A stretch of DNA of 64,000 bases. It comes from Nitrospiraceae bacterium. GTDB lineage: Bacteria; Nitrospirota; Thermodesulfovibrionia; UBA6902. The notes under the pieces were generated by a model. The model was not told the DNA's origin, made no database searches, and worked only from the letters and a program-made list of their open reading frames with translations. A program made the position numbers and the translations under genes. Below, one piece after another: positions 27,422-37,832 of this stretch. Positions within the stretch are counted from its first letter, which is position 1, and each line of letters opens with the position of its first letter. The stretch spans positions 2,835 through 66,834 of the forward strand of contig QZKC01000063.1 of NCBI GenBank assembly GCA_003599425.1, written 5' to 3'.

Positions 27422-27463
27422 TGATTCTCCGTGTCAGACGTTAAATATGTTTTGCCACATGAT

Positions 27464-27724
27464 TTATCTTGTCATACCTGCCTTATTGTGGCGATACTTT
27501 TCGTAATGGGTAAACGCGTCGGGCCCTTTTGAAAGTACCATCACGATGCTCGCAACCAGTATGGCCGCTGCAACATATCTGATACTCCTCTTTTCCCGGA
27601 CAGCGGGGAGCAATGCCAGAATACCTGATAAGACAAAGCAAATAAGAGCGACGACTGGATTCATTGCCATGCCGCCGACCAGAATGAGACACAATGACAG
27701 AATGATCGTGACAGAAGGGGTCAT
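27464..27724 (-). CDS. small membrane protein
   Basis: 86-aa ORF with three hydrophobic segments. 4-nt overlap with the upstream gene. Confidence 0.4.
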   Translation of the reverse strand: MTPSVTIILSLCLILVGGMAMNPVVALICFVLSGILALLPAVREKRSIRYVAAAILVASIVMVLSKGPDAFTHYEKYRHNKAGMTR

Positions 27725-28392
27725 TTTATCCCATCTCCTTCATTGGCAGTAGTCTCTGCGCTCTCTTTGCTTTCAGCTGTTCTAAAGGTGTTGACGACCC
27801 GTTCGAACACAGGCAACTGTTCTCCGAACACAGGCTTTGACGCAGAATAGTGCAGAACGTAGAAACCCTCTCTTGAAGGAATAACATATAGCTTCTCTTT
27901 TATACTGATACTTTCATCAGATTTGCTTTGAGGATATAGATAGACCATCCTTTCGCGTTCCAGCTCATAGGCGTTCCTGCCATGAAGTCCGATCTTCTTT
28001 ACGGGCCCGTAATTCTCCCTCGCGTTCTTCGTCTCTCCCGCGACATTTTTTGAATTGCTGTTAAGGAAATCCTTATAATCGTTAAAATCTTCATTGTCAC
28101 GTGCATAGTAGGAAACAAAGATATCTGTTGAGGCCTTTCCGTCCGCCGGGCCTGTTAACCGGATCTCGTATATTTTATATTCAACATCCCTTTCCTCATC
28201 TCTCTGCAGTTGCCAGCTTTCGGGTATTTCACACGAAAAATAGTTATTGTCCATCACATACTTCACGAATTCTGTGGCTTCATCAGCAGAGAGGGAACTG
28301 ACAGCAAAAAAGGAAGTTATAATGGAAAATACTATGGTCGCTGCAAGGCAGACAGAGGGTAATGATAATCCCGGTGCTTTCCTGAGAGTCAT
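27721..28392 (-). CDS. exported hypothetical protein
   Basis: 223-aa ORF with an N-terminal signal/anchor. No family recognised. Confidence 0.5.
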   Translation of the reverse strand: MTLRKAPGLSLPSVCLAATIVFSIITSFFAVSSLSADEATEFVKYVMDNNYFSCEIPESWQLQRDEERDVEYKIYEIRLTGPADGKASTDIFVSYYARDNEDFNDYKDFLNSNSKNVAGETKNARENYGPVKKIGLHGRNAYELERERMVYLYPQSKSDESISIKEKLYVIPSREGFYVLHYSASKPVFGEQLPVFERVVNTFRTAESKESAETTANEGDGIK

Positions 28393-29210
28393 TATATTCC
28401 TTTCCCGCTATTTTTGAGTATCTCTATTACTTCAGGAATTTGCCTCTTTACCGCCATCTCATATGCTGTATCACCCTTGTCGTTCTTCAGGTTGAGGTCT
28501 GCACCTTTTTCAACAAGCAGTTTTACAAAAGCTGTGTCGCCGTAAGCTATGGCTGCATGAATAGGCCTGTCTCCGAATCTGCCGGCGGCATTGATGTCTG
28601 CACCTTTCTCAAGGAGCAGGAGTGCGATATCTCTGTTGCCTTTATCAACGGCGGAATGAAGGGGGCTGTCACCTTTGCCATCTTTCAGATTGACGTCAGC
28701 ACCTTTTGCAAGGAGGAGGTTGGCGATATCAATGTTGCCCGAACGGCACACAGCCCTGAGCGGTGTGAACCCGTAGAGATTCTTAATGTTCACGTCAGCG
28801 CCTTTTTCAATAAGAATTGCTGCGATCTCTCTATGTTCTTGATGGGCCGCAGCGAACAGTGGCGTATTGCCCTCACCGTTTTGCGCATTTACATCAGCAC
28901 CGTGCTCTAACAGAACCATGACTGCATCAACGTGCCCGTAATGGGCAGCAAAGTGCAGGGGTGCGATATGGTACTGTGCATCACGGTAGTTCACGTCAGC
29001 GCCGTACTCTATAAATCCCCTGACGATGTTCGGGTCTCCCTTGCCCTCATTGAGATAGAGCAGGAGCGCTTCAGAGGGAGAAGGTTTTTGAGGCGCGGTC
29101 GACGGTGTTGTATCTTCAGCATGCACAACTCCTGAACCTGTCACTATCAGTAATACAGGCACGGTGCAAAAGAAGATCAGCCTCATTATAGTCGCTCTCA
29201 TTGTGGTCAT
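28392..29210 (-). CDS. exported ankyrin-repeat protein
   Basis: About 6 tandem 33-aa ankyrin repeats (G.TPLH.A...G....LL..GADVN). I moved the start to ATG 29210 (MTTMRATIMRLIFFCTVPVLL..., signal peptide ending VHA), preceded by AAGAGGA. Confidence 0.85.
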   Translation of the reverse strand: MTTMRATIMRLIFFCTVPVLLIVTGSGVVHAEDTTPSTAPQKPSPSEALLLYLNEGKGDPNIVRGFIEYGADVNYRDAQYHIAPLHFAAHYGHVDAVMVLLEHGADVNAQNGEGNTPLFAAAHQEHREIAAILIEKGADVNIKNLYGFTPLRAVCRSGNIDIANLLLAKGADVNLKDGKGDSPLHSAVDKGNRDIALLLLEKGADINAAGRFGDRPIHAAIAYGDTAFVKLLVEKGADLNLKNDKGDTAYEMAVKRQIPEVIEILKNSGKGI

Positions 29211-29229
29211 ATCTCTATCCTCTTGCCGG

Positions 29230-29670
29230 TTATTCCAGTGCCCTTGGCGCATCGCCCTGGATATTGAAAAAAACATCTACATCCTGATCAGGATATGACC
29301 TGCCCTGGCAGGTGATCGAGGTGAATCTTATTTTAACCAGCCAGTTGCCGGGCTGCTGGGGTGTCCCGACAATGTTAAATTTGTCCATTGTTAATCCGGG
29401 AGGAAGATACCCATCAACAATAGAGGGATCATTCGAGTTCCACGTAACCGGACAGTCGGCACGTGCTTGAGATACCATATGAAAGCCTGCCTTGCCTGAA
29501 GTGTTGTTGTACCAGATCTTAAGTTGCTGAATTTGTTTTAACCGCTCTCTCCGGAGATCAGCCTGATCTTTCTGATCATTCACCTGGGGTGGCGCCACAG
29601 CGCAGCTGATTATAAATGCTGAGATCGCTGCACAGAAAATAACGGGGAACAGACTTTTAAACTTTATCAT
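29230..29670 (-). CDS. lipoprotein with putative Ig-like (He_PIG-type) domain
   Basis: Lipobox IISC. The LPPGLT...GTPQQPGNW pattern resembles bacterial 'putative Ig' domains (from memory). Confidence 0.45.
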   Translation of the reverse strand: MIKFKSLFPVIFCAAISAFIISCAVAPPQVNDQKDQADLRRERLKQIQQLKIWYNNTSGKAGFHMVSQARADCPVTWNSNDPSIVDGYLPPGLTMDKFNIVGTPQQPGNWLVKIRFTSITCQGRSYPDQDVDVFFNIQGDAPRALE

Positions 29671-29719
29671 TGATAACTACCTCCTTATCTTGAATGTTCA
29701 TATTAACCGGATCGGATAA

Positions 29720-30904
29720 TTAATCGAGCAAGGGCGGCGGAGTATGAAGCCTGCTGCCGCCCCCACATTTGTTATAGCATCCTTCTCTGTAATCATTCAT
29801 ACAGTCTTTAAGGCACGTGATCTCTTTGATGTTTTTGTTCATGCGGAATGAGAACTCATTGACTTTGTCATAGTATTCGTCATTCTGCTTATTTAAATGA
29901 TTGATCTTTTTCCAGCTATAGCATTCTGCCACAACATTGGTATAGGCCTCGACACTCATCTTATAATGACTGAACGGTTTGGATATGAAGCCAGCAAGCC
30001 AGGAGAGGCCTTCGATGATCTTTTCGTAGTCCTCATCCTTTGATATGTCCCACGCATACAGGTCGTATGTCGTCTTTACCGCTTCAAGGCCGTTTATGAT
30101 GTTCTTATTGTATTCCGCAAGCTTCTTCTCTCCTGCAAGCCATTGCCGGACTGCACGATACTGGTTTCTTTTGTTGGGGTCAGCAGTGCTTGCAAGCAGG
30201 TCTGCTGAACGAATGGATCCCAGTTCGATCTCTTTAAGCCTTTTCCCGAGGAGATCATCGAGTTTGTAGGTCCCGTATTCAAATGGCAGGCCGGCAAGAT
30301 AATCAATACCTTTTTCCCAGGTATCATTCACTGCATCGTCAACCGTGTTCTGCCAGGTCTCGAGTTCGGAGTTGTTGTTAAGAAGCGATCTTGTGAGGAC
30401 CTTCAGATGGGACTGTATTTTTTTAACATTCAGTTCAAGTTCACCGAGCTTTCCTTTAGCCATCTGAAGTTCCTCTTCTTTGGAATATTTCTTCAGAAAT
30501 GACGGATCATAGTTTGTCCCCTGCTCGGTTGATATTAACTTTACGAGGGTTATCTCCCGGTTGTACTCATCAAGTTTGCGGTTGTAGACCTCTATTCCTG
30601 CCAGGAGCTGATCCTTGCGCCGGCTGCAGTCCTGTATCTTTGCGCTGTCATTTGAAGATACGCGGCTGCAGTCCGCATTGAGCATTCTGATGTCTGCTTC
30701 AAGGGCACCCCTGTTATTATCAAGAGACTGTTTGAAAGATTTCAGCTTCTCGTAGTCTTCCCTGTTAATTTCGGTTGGGACAGTCTGGGTTGAGTCAATG
30801 GCAACAGCCCGGGCAGCAGAAACTGACGCAAAAAGAGCAAAGATGATGCATGTCACGTTAGCAGCAACAGCTGTTATTTTATCTGCGTGAATTGTTCTGA
30901 ACAT
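29720..30904 (-). CDS. exported coiled-coil protein with Cys-rich C-terminus
   Basis: 394-aa ORF with a signal peptide and long heptad-like regions. C-terminal sequence is CLKDCMNDYREGCYNKCGGG. No family recognised. Confidence 0.5.
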   Translation of the reverse strand: MFRTIHADKITAVAANVTCIIFALFASVSAARAVAIDSTQTVPTEINREDYEKLKSFKQSLDNNRGALEADIRMLNADCSRVSSNDSAKIQDCSRRKDQLLAGIEVYNRKLDEYNREITLVKLISTEQGTNYDPSFLKKYSKEEELQMAKGKLGELELNVKKIQSHLKVLTRSLLNNNSELETWQNTVDDAVNDTWEKGIDYLAGLPFEYGTYKLDDLLGKRLKEIELGSIRSADLLASTADPNKRNQYRAVRQWLAGEKKLAEYNKNIINGLEAVKTTYDLYAWDISKDEDYEKIIEGLSWLAGFISKPFSHYKMSVEAYTNVVAECYSWKKINHLNKQNDEYYDKVNEFSFRMNKNIKEITCLKDCMNDYREGCYNKCGGGSRLHTPPPLLD

Positions 30905-31673
30905 CGGGTGCTTTCTTCAGTTCAACTTCGATCGAGAAGTTCAGGAAGTTCTCCTGATTTTTCAAGTCGTTCATTTCCTTCTTAACAGTCACTATTTCTT
31001 TCTCGTTCTTGACCGGGTCCTTCTGGAGTTCGGCTATTTTCGTTTGAGTATCGTCACGTTTCTTTTTCAGGGTGGTCTTTATGTTCTCGAGCGCTGATAT
31101 AGCAGGGGTCCTGTTAGCAGAAGTGATGACAGGCTCTTTGTAGGTTTGAAACGGATTATACGCTGGCGCAGGACGGGGCAGGCTTCCGGACTGACTGCCC
31201 GGGGTGTCAAAGCCATATCCTGCCTGTTCCCTTAAAGCCTCTTCTCTTGCACGGTTGAGATTCTTGACCAATGTCGGATTGTAAGGACTATACTGAAGCG
31301 CTTTTTCAAAACTTCTCACCGCGCAGCTCCAGTCCTTTTGCTGAAAGCATCTGATGCCTTTCTCATTCGCGCTGTTCATTGCATTGACACGATTTTTCTC
31401 TCGTTCTTCAGGGGACGGGCCGGAAGGGGTTCGGTGAGATGACGAACGGCTGTCGCTGTCGTCATCGTCCGGATCTTCAAAATCGCATCCTTCAACACAC
31501 TCAGGGTTGCTCACAGGAGGAACATTGCCATAGCCTCCGCCGGATATACCCACTGCCTGCTCCCATGCACCTCCGGATGCGGTCTTGGTGCTGAGCAGTA
31601 ATGACAGGCAACAAGTAGCAACCATAAGAACTGATGCTTCTATTATCTTTTTTACCGTTGTATTTCTTACCAC
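30879..31673 (-). CDS. exported TPR-like / coiled-coil protein
   Basis: 264-aa ORF with a signal peptide, an acidic DPDDDDSD stretch and one TPR-like segment (AVRSFEKALQYSPYNP). Confidence 0.5.
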   Translation of the reverse strand: MVRNTTVKKIIEASVLMVATCCLSLLLSTKTASGGAWEQAVGISGGGYGNVPPVSNPECVEGCDFEDPDDDDSDSRSSSHRTPSGPSPEEREKNRVNAMNSANEKGIRCFQQKDWSCAVRSFEKALQYSPYNPTLVKNLNRAREEALREQAGYGFDTPGSQSGSLPRPAPAYNPFQTYKEPVITSANRTPAISALENIKTTLKKKRDDTQTKIAELQKDPVKNEKEIVTVKKEMNDLKNQENFLNFSIEVELKKAPDVQNNSRR

Positions 31674-32047
31674 TTCTCTCCCATTATCTCGGTCCGCTTC
31701 TTTTTAAATTCATCATCAGTGATCAGTCTGTCATTCTTGAGCGTTTCAAGGTCTCGCAGCCTTTGCATAGGGTCTTTTTGCATGTCTGATCCTGTTTCGA
31801 TATCTATCAGGGACACTCCTTTAGCGTTCTTCAGGTTCCGGACATGATAGACCAGCATAAATATGACTCCTCCGATCCATGCGACGATGAATAGAGGGAA
31901 TATGATCTTCATGACAAGCGGCGCATCATTTTCAATAAGCACGTTCATGACAAGAACACCAAAGCCTATGCCGAACAGGACCATGAAGACCAGTCCAAAG
32001 ACCGCGCCTGCTGACAGAGGTTTGCCTGGTTTAATTTTCATTATCAA
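31667..32047 (-). CDS. membrane protein with C-terminal SHOCT-like motif
   Basis: Two TM helices. The C-terminus LRDLETLKNDRLITDDEFKKKRTEIM resembles a SHOCT domain. Confidence 0.55.
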   Translation of the reverse strand: MIMKIKPGKPLSAGAVFGLVFMVLFGIGFGVLVMNVLIENDAPLVMKIIFPLFIVAWIGGVIFMLVYHVRNLKNAKGVSLIDIETGSDMQKDPMQRLRDLETLKNDRLITDDEFKKKRTEIMGEKW

Positions 32048-32071
32048 TATCCTTTCTTGTATAAGGTATTA

Positions 32072-32650
32072 TCAGAATATCTTCCCTACGCTGCTTCCGG
32101 AAATGGTCCATTTCCCGCTGCCCTTGTGAAGAAAGACATAATGCCCGATCCCTGATTCCGGGGTTGCCACATGCTGTACATAGACCAATGCCTCTGTCCT
32201 GTCCTTGTTGAACCCTGCCCGTGATACATATGTCCTTCCCGTATCAAAGGGGCTCATCCTCATGTCTTTTTGCTCCCTTACCTGTATGTTCAGGCGAGCA
32301 TGTCCAGACGAGGGGAATTTGTCTTCGAGCTGATATCTCATATCGTTCCTGCTGTTGAAATCATCGATCATGGCGCTGTCAATATTTTTCCAGCTTTCTT
32401 TGTTTATCTGTTCTTTTATCGTCTCCTTTTCGAGGACGACATAGTCATCCGGTATGCCATCAAGTTTTCCAGATGAAAAAACCGATACGTATACTTCGTA
32501 TTCTTCCTCCTCAATAACGTCAACTGTCCCAGCTGCCACAGGCTGCGAAGCCTTTTCTGTTTGAGCGTCCTCTGCCCTAAGGCCTTCAGCAAAGACTATA
32601 GCACTAAGCAGGATAACACAGGTGATAACAGCACTGAAAAGCTTGGTCAT
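32072..32650 (-). CDS. exported hypothetical protein
   Basis: I moved the start to ATG 32650 (MTKLFSAVITCVILL...), 8 nt after GGAGGA. The track start at 32713 overlaps the upstream gene. Confidence 0.45.
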   Translation of the reverse strand: MTKLFSAVITCVILLSAIVFAEGLRAEDAQTEKASQPVAAGTVDVIEEEEYEVYVSVFSSGKLDGIPDDYVVLEKETIKEQINKESWKNIDSAMIDDFNSRNDMRYQLEDKFPSSGHARLNIQVREQKDMRMSPFDTGRTYVSRAGFNKDRTEALVYVQHVATPESGIGHYVFLHKGSGKWTISGSSVGKIF

Positions 32651-32670
32651 AAACATTCCTCCATTATTTT

Positions 32671-32877
32671 CTATTTCGGCAGAAACCATAAAATATACCC
32701 GCACCGATCGCATACATAGTTGTCAGCCTCTTTGTTCAGCCAGTCAAGTTCCCAGAACGTCAGGCCCTTTGTATTCATGAGCGTCTTGCGCTTCCAGAAT
32801 TCTTCGTGCCCGCAGATGGGACATTTCATGTCTCTTCCACCCGCTTCGTATCTTATGGCCTTTTTCCTGCCAGACAT
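32671..32877 (-). CDS. small zinc-ribbon protein
   Basis: 68 aa with CPICG...CDRCG Cys pairs. First gene of the minus-strand operon. Confidence 0.5.
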   Translation of the reverse strand: MSGRKKAIRYEAGGRDMKCPICGHEEFWKRKTLMNTKGLTFWELDWLNKEADNYVCDRCGYILWFLPK

Positions 32878-33125
32878 TATTTATTTCTTCATAAACCTGA
32901 GCTGTGCTGCGATAGTGCAATGGCCAAGTATAAAAAACATTTAATTCGTGTCTTCCTGCAAAGTAATATATTGTTCTCTACCCGGTATATTCGGAATAAT
33001 CTCTGTTTTTCTAAAGCGAGGGTTATGCGGGTTCTGTCAAGAATTTGATCGTTTCCCGAGCCGGTTCTGAGTTAACCGGCATAATATTGAAATTATCGGA
33101 TGATTCGTTTATAGTTTACGTTACT

Positions 33126-33902
33126 GTGAAGATAGTGAATACATATAACAGGGTGGTGGTTCTGCTGCTGGGTGTCCTGTTTATCGGCACTGTAAGTACG
33201 CGTTCATTTGCTGATTCCACGTACACAGTGAAAAAAGGCGACAGCCTTTACCGGATAGCAAAAGAATTTGGCGTTAGTATTAGAGCTGTCAGGAAAGCCA
33301 ATGGACTCAGGTCTCATAAGCTTTCGATTGGTAAACAATTGGCGATACCCGATGGCAGGCCTGTCCAAACCGGTGAAACTGATCCACCCAATGCAACCAG
33401 CGAATCAAATGGAGCAGTTGTACTTCAGGCTGTTCAACCCCAACCTGACATTCATATCGCAGACGGCCCTGAGCAGGTCTCGCGTGACGCCGGAATTAGC
33501 AAGAGCAGACTGAAGGAATTCGTGACCTATGTCGCCCAGCAGACGATCGGTATCCCTTACAGGTTCGGGAGTAATTCCGTTAAAGGCACTGACTGTTCAG
33601 GATATGTGCAGAGGTTTTTCAGCTTCCTTGGGGTGCAGCTTCCGAGGAGCGCGCGTGAACAGTTCAATGTCGGAACGTCTGTGAACAGGGAAGACCTGCT
33701 GGTTGGCGACCTGGTGTTCTTCAAGACGTATGCTCCATTCCCTTCCCATGTCGGCATCTATCTCGGAGATAATCTCTTCGTGCACGCATCGAGGTTTGCC
33801 AAAAAAGTGACCATCGACAGCCTCAACACGCCGTATTTCGTCAAGAGATATATTGGCGCCAAACGTCTGCTGGCTTCCGAAGAGGAAAGTCTGACTGACT
33901 AA
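33126..33902 (+). CDS. LysM-domain NlpC/P60 (C40) peptidoglycan endopeptidase
   Basis: LysM segment YTVKKGDSLYRIAKEFGVSIRAVRKANGL. NlpC/P60 segment GTDCSGYVQRFF...HVGIYLG...H. The start is uncertain: GTG 33126, GTG 33135, or the track TTG 33045. Confidence 0.75.
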   Translation: MKIVNTYNRVVVLLLGVLFIGTVSTRSFADSTYTVKKGDSLYRIAKEFGVSIRAVRKANGLRSHKLSIGKQLAIPDGRPVQTGETDPPNATSESNGAVVLQAVQPQPDIHIADGPEQVSRDAGISKSRLKEFVTYVAQQTIGIPYRFGSNSVKGTDCSGYVQRFFSFLGVQLPRSAREQFNVGTSVNREDLLVGDLVFFKTYAPFPSHVGIYLGDNLFVHASRFAKKVTIDSLNTPYFVKRYIGAKRLLASEEESLTD

Positions 33903-33915
33903 GAGTTGAGCAGGT

Positions 33916-34953
33916 ATGACCGGTCCCGCCAGAAAATATTTTCTCCAGGCAGAAAAACACAGGAAATCTGCTGAATACAGCCGTGCCATTTCACTGTACC
34001 AGAAGGCGCTTGCACAGTTCAGGGACCGGTCGGATGTCAACGGTACTCTTGATTGCGTTCTTTCACTTGCTGATACATTCAGGGCAAAGGGTGACTTTAC
34101 AGAGGCTGGGATACATTACACAGAAGGACTCGAAATCGCTCAAGCTCTTGATGACATGACCGCAGAGGCAGACGCGATGGCCGGGCTTGGTCTCAGCATG
34201 AGAGCGCTCGGCAACTGGAAGTTCGCCCTGGATCTGATCGGCAGGGCCGGGAGATCGTACAGACTCCTCAACGATAAGAAAGGGGAAGCATTTTCTGTCT
34301 GGGCGCGGGGAGGCGCGTACAGAATAAAAGGGGACATAAAAAAGGCCCTAAAGGATTTCCATGCGGCTTTGAAAAAGTTCAGACAATTGAAAGACAGTTC
34401 AGGCGTCGCCTATTCATATTGCGGCCTTGGGGGGAGTTCGAGGATAGCAGGGAAATTCGGCGATTCCGGAAAATACTATTCCCTGGCCAACAGGATGTTC
34501 AGCAGATTAAAAGACCGCTTCGGCCTTGCCTATTCATATTGCGGTTTGGGAAATGTGCAGAGAATGAAAGGCGACTATAAAGGCGCCCTCGATTATTTTC
34601 AGAAAGCTGAAGTCCTTTACAGGCAGATCGGGGACCGGGTAAGTTACGCGTACACCCTCTGGAGCATCGGAACTTCCTGGAAAATGCTCGGCGAATATGG
34701 GAAGGCATTGAAGAGCTTTCAGGCGGCTTCTGAATTTTTCAGTCAGACAAAAGACCCCAGAGGGCACATATACTGCATCCTTGGGGCCGGCGAGATCGAT
34801 TATCTGAACGGCAGGGGAAAAAGAGCGGGAAAAGTATTTTTGAAGGCCCTCAAACTTGCGGAGCGCTACAGGTTTGGCGTTGAGACAGGATACGCGAAGA
34901 GGCTTCTAACTTCCTGCGAACGAGGGAAGGGTTTCCCTGTAAATCTGCCTTAA
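33916..34953 (+). CDS. tetratricopeptide-repeat protein
   Basis: Repeated roughly 40-aa units (..AYSYCGLG...R..G.....A...F..AL) throughout the 345 aa. Confidence 0.7.
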   Translation: MTGPARKYFLQAEKHRKSAEYSRAISLYQKALAQFRDRSDVNGTLDCVLSLADTFRAKGDFTEAGIHYTEGLEIAQALDDMTAEADAMAGLGLSMRALGNWKFALDLIGRAGRSYRLLNDKKGEAFSVWARGGAYRIKGDIKKALKDFHAALKKFRQLKDSSGVAYSYCGLGGSSRIAGKFGDSGKYYSLANRMFSRLKDRFGLAYSYCGLGNVQRMKGDYKGALDYFQKAEVLYRQIGDRVSYAYTLWSIGTSWKMLGEYGKALKSFQAASEFFSQTKDPRGHIYCILGAGEIDYLNGRGKRAGKVFLKALKLAERYRFGVETGYAKRLLTSCERGKGFPVNLP

Positions 34954-35048
34954 AATCAGGAAAAGCTTCATTGATAATTTCTGCCTTTTCAAATTATACT
35001 GTTTCTTGAAATTAAACAATCTATCTGTTAGTATCTATTGAAATTAAC

Positions 35049-35537
35049 ATGAGCGTTTCTGAGTCCCTTTTTGATCAACCAGTCAGCGAGCATAAAGAAT
35101 CAGGAAAAGCAGGGCTGTTAAACAGGATAATAGCCAGGACCATCGATTTCATCATCGTTGCCGCTCTGTATGAGGTGATACCAAAGGTAGGTTTTTTTGC
35201 GGGGCTTACTTATCTTCTTATAGCCGACGGGCTGTTTGAAGGAAGGAGCGTAGGCAAAAAGCTCATAGGGCTCAGGGTATATGTTTATGACAATACGGAT
35301 AATGTCAGGGCCTGCAGTTTCAGGGAGTCGATACTGAGAAATTTCCCTTTCGCCGTTGGGTTTGTCCTTTTCGGGATCTTCAATGTGATCCCCCTGATCG
35401 GCTGGCTTTTCTCACTTCTCATAGTCGCTGCAGTGGTCCTTTTTGAAAGCCTTGTTCTGATGGGGAGCGAAAAAGGCATGAGGGTCGGCGATGAGCTTGC
35501 AAAGACCCATGTTGTTCAGGAAAGACAGGAGGAATAG
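35049..35537 (+). CDS. RDD-family membrane protein
   Basis: AGLLNRIIARTIDFIIV pattern plus three TM segments. Abuts mreB. Confidence 0.6.
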   Translation: MSVSESLFDQPVSEHKESGKAGLLNRIIARTIDFIIVAALYEVIPKVGFFAGLTYLLIADGLFEGRSVGKKLIGLRVYVYDNTDNVRACSFRESILRNFPFAVGFVLFGIFNVIPLIGWLFSLLIVAAVVLFESLVLMGSEKGMRVGDELAKTHVVQERQEE

Positions 35538-36554
<1,017 letters not shown>

Positions 36555-36561
36555 CAGATTA

Positions 36562-37326
36562 ATGTTTAAAAAAAAAATTATCCTTTTTGCCCTCCTTTTA
36601 CTTTTCTTTCTCGCGCTGCTGACATTCCAGAGTATCAAAGGGGAAAAGCATTTTCTTGATTTCACCATGTATCCTCTCGAAATCCTTGGGAAGGGCGGCA
36701 CTGCTGTTGCAAATATTTTCAGCAGTATACCTTTTTTCAAAAAGGACGATACCCTTGAACGGCTCGGCAGGTGTGAGGAAGAGAGAACAAGATACAAAGA
36801 AGCCGCGTATGAGAATGAAAGGCTCCGCAGCCTTCTGGAGCTGAAAGCCCGGCAGCCCGGGTATGTTGCCGCCGCGCAGGTGTTTGCGAGGGAACCGACC
36901 AACTGGTTCCAGGTGCTCTGGATAAATAAAGGATTTGCCAGCGGAGTTGTGAAGGACATGGTTGCGGTCACTCCCTTCGGCCTTGTGGGAAAGATCCACA
37001 GGGTTTTCAGCGAACGGGCAAATGTCGTTCTCATATCGGATGTGAACTCTTCAGTTGCCGTCAGGCTCGAAACTTCAAGGATAGAGGGAATACTTGAAGG
37101 AAACGGCGAACACGCATGCATCCTGAAATACGTGTCAAAGGACTTCGAGGCAGAGGTGGGGGAGAACGTCATCACTTCAGGACTTGATGGCATATATCCT
37201 GAGGGGATCGCAGTAGGATATGTCAGCTCTGTGGACCGGGAGAGCGGAGAAGTATTCCAGGCGATTGAAGTGACGCCCTCGCAGCATCTGAACAGAGTGG
37301 AAGAAGTGGCGGTGCTGAAGAGATGA
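36562..37326 (+). CDS. mreC: rod-shape-determining protein MreC
   Basis: N-terminal TM, coiled-coil ENERLRSLLELK and beta-rich C-terminal domain. Position between mreB and mreD. Confidence 0.85.
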   Translation: MFKKKIILFALLLLFFLALLTFQSIKGEKHFLDFTMYPLEILGKGGTAVANIFSSIPFFKKDDTLERLGRCEEERTRYKEAAYENERLRSLLELKARQPGYVAAAQVFAREPTNWFQVLWINKGFASGVVKDMVAVTPFGLVGKIHRVFSERANVVLISDVNSSVAVRLETSRIEGILEGNGEHACILKYVSKDFEAEVGENVITSGLDGIYPEGIAVGYVSSVDRESGEVFQAIEVTPSQHLNRVEEVAVLKR

Positions 37327-37796
37327 AGACTTTTTTCATGTACATTGCGCTTGTTTACGTGGCGCTTGCCATACAGGGAATGATCTTTCATGGAACAAAA
37401 CCAGACCTCGTGCTTATTCTTGTGTGTTTTTTTTCGGTGAGGCACGAGCAGGGCAGGGGTATGCTGTTCGGGGCGCTTGCAGGCCTTCTGACGGATATAT
37501 CGAGCGGGTTCATCCTCGGCCCGAATGTCTTCAGCAAGACCATGGCTGCTTTCCTTTCCCGCACCATCAGGGAAAACCTGTTCCAGTGGAATATCATTAT
37601 AAGCACGTTTCTAATTGCGTCTCTTTCAATAATTGATATTGCTATTGTCCATGTATGTTATGAGGCCTTCTCAAAGATGTCCTTTGTAAACAGATCATGG
37701 GGAGTATCTGTCGCCACCGTTGCTTATACGATCGCGGCTTCTCTTATGCTGTATCCCCTGTTTCATCCCAGGAAGGAGAAAACGATGTGGTATTAG
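37323..37796 (+). CDS. mreD: rod-shape-determining protein MreD
   Basis: 157-aa polytopic membrane protein. 4-nt overlap with mreC. Canonical position. Confidence 0.75.
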   Translation: MKTFFMYIALVYVALAIQGMIFHGTKPDLVLILVCFFSVRHEQGRGMLFGALAGLLTDISSGFILGPNVFSKTMAAFLSRTIRENLFQWNIIISTFLIASLSIIDIAIVHVCYEAFSKMSFVNRSWGVSVATVAYTIAASLMLYPLFHPRKEKTMWY

Positions 37797-37832
37797 CAGT
37801 TCTTGCAGCCATTTATCGGAATGTAGTCTGTT

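Noticed and set aside
32950-33125. Possible c-di-AMP (ydaO-type) riboswitch in the leader of the LysM-NlpC/P60 gene. That class often precedes cell-wall hydrolases. The leader has a hairpin GCCGGTT-N7-AACCGGC and a CCCGAGCCGG...AGTTAACC segment.
   Set aside because: I see only vague similarity to the conserved ydaO cores as I remember them, and I cannot reconstruct the pseudo-symmetric fold by eye. It needs an Rfam covariance-model scan before any claim.
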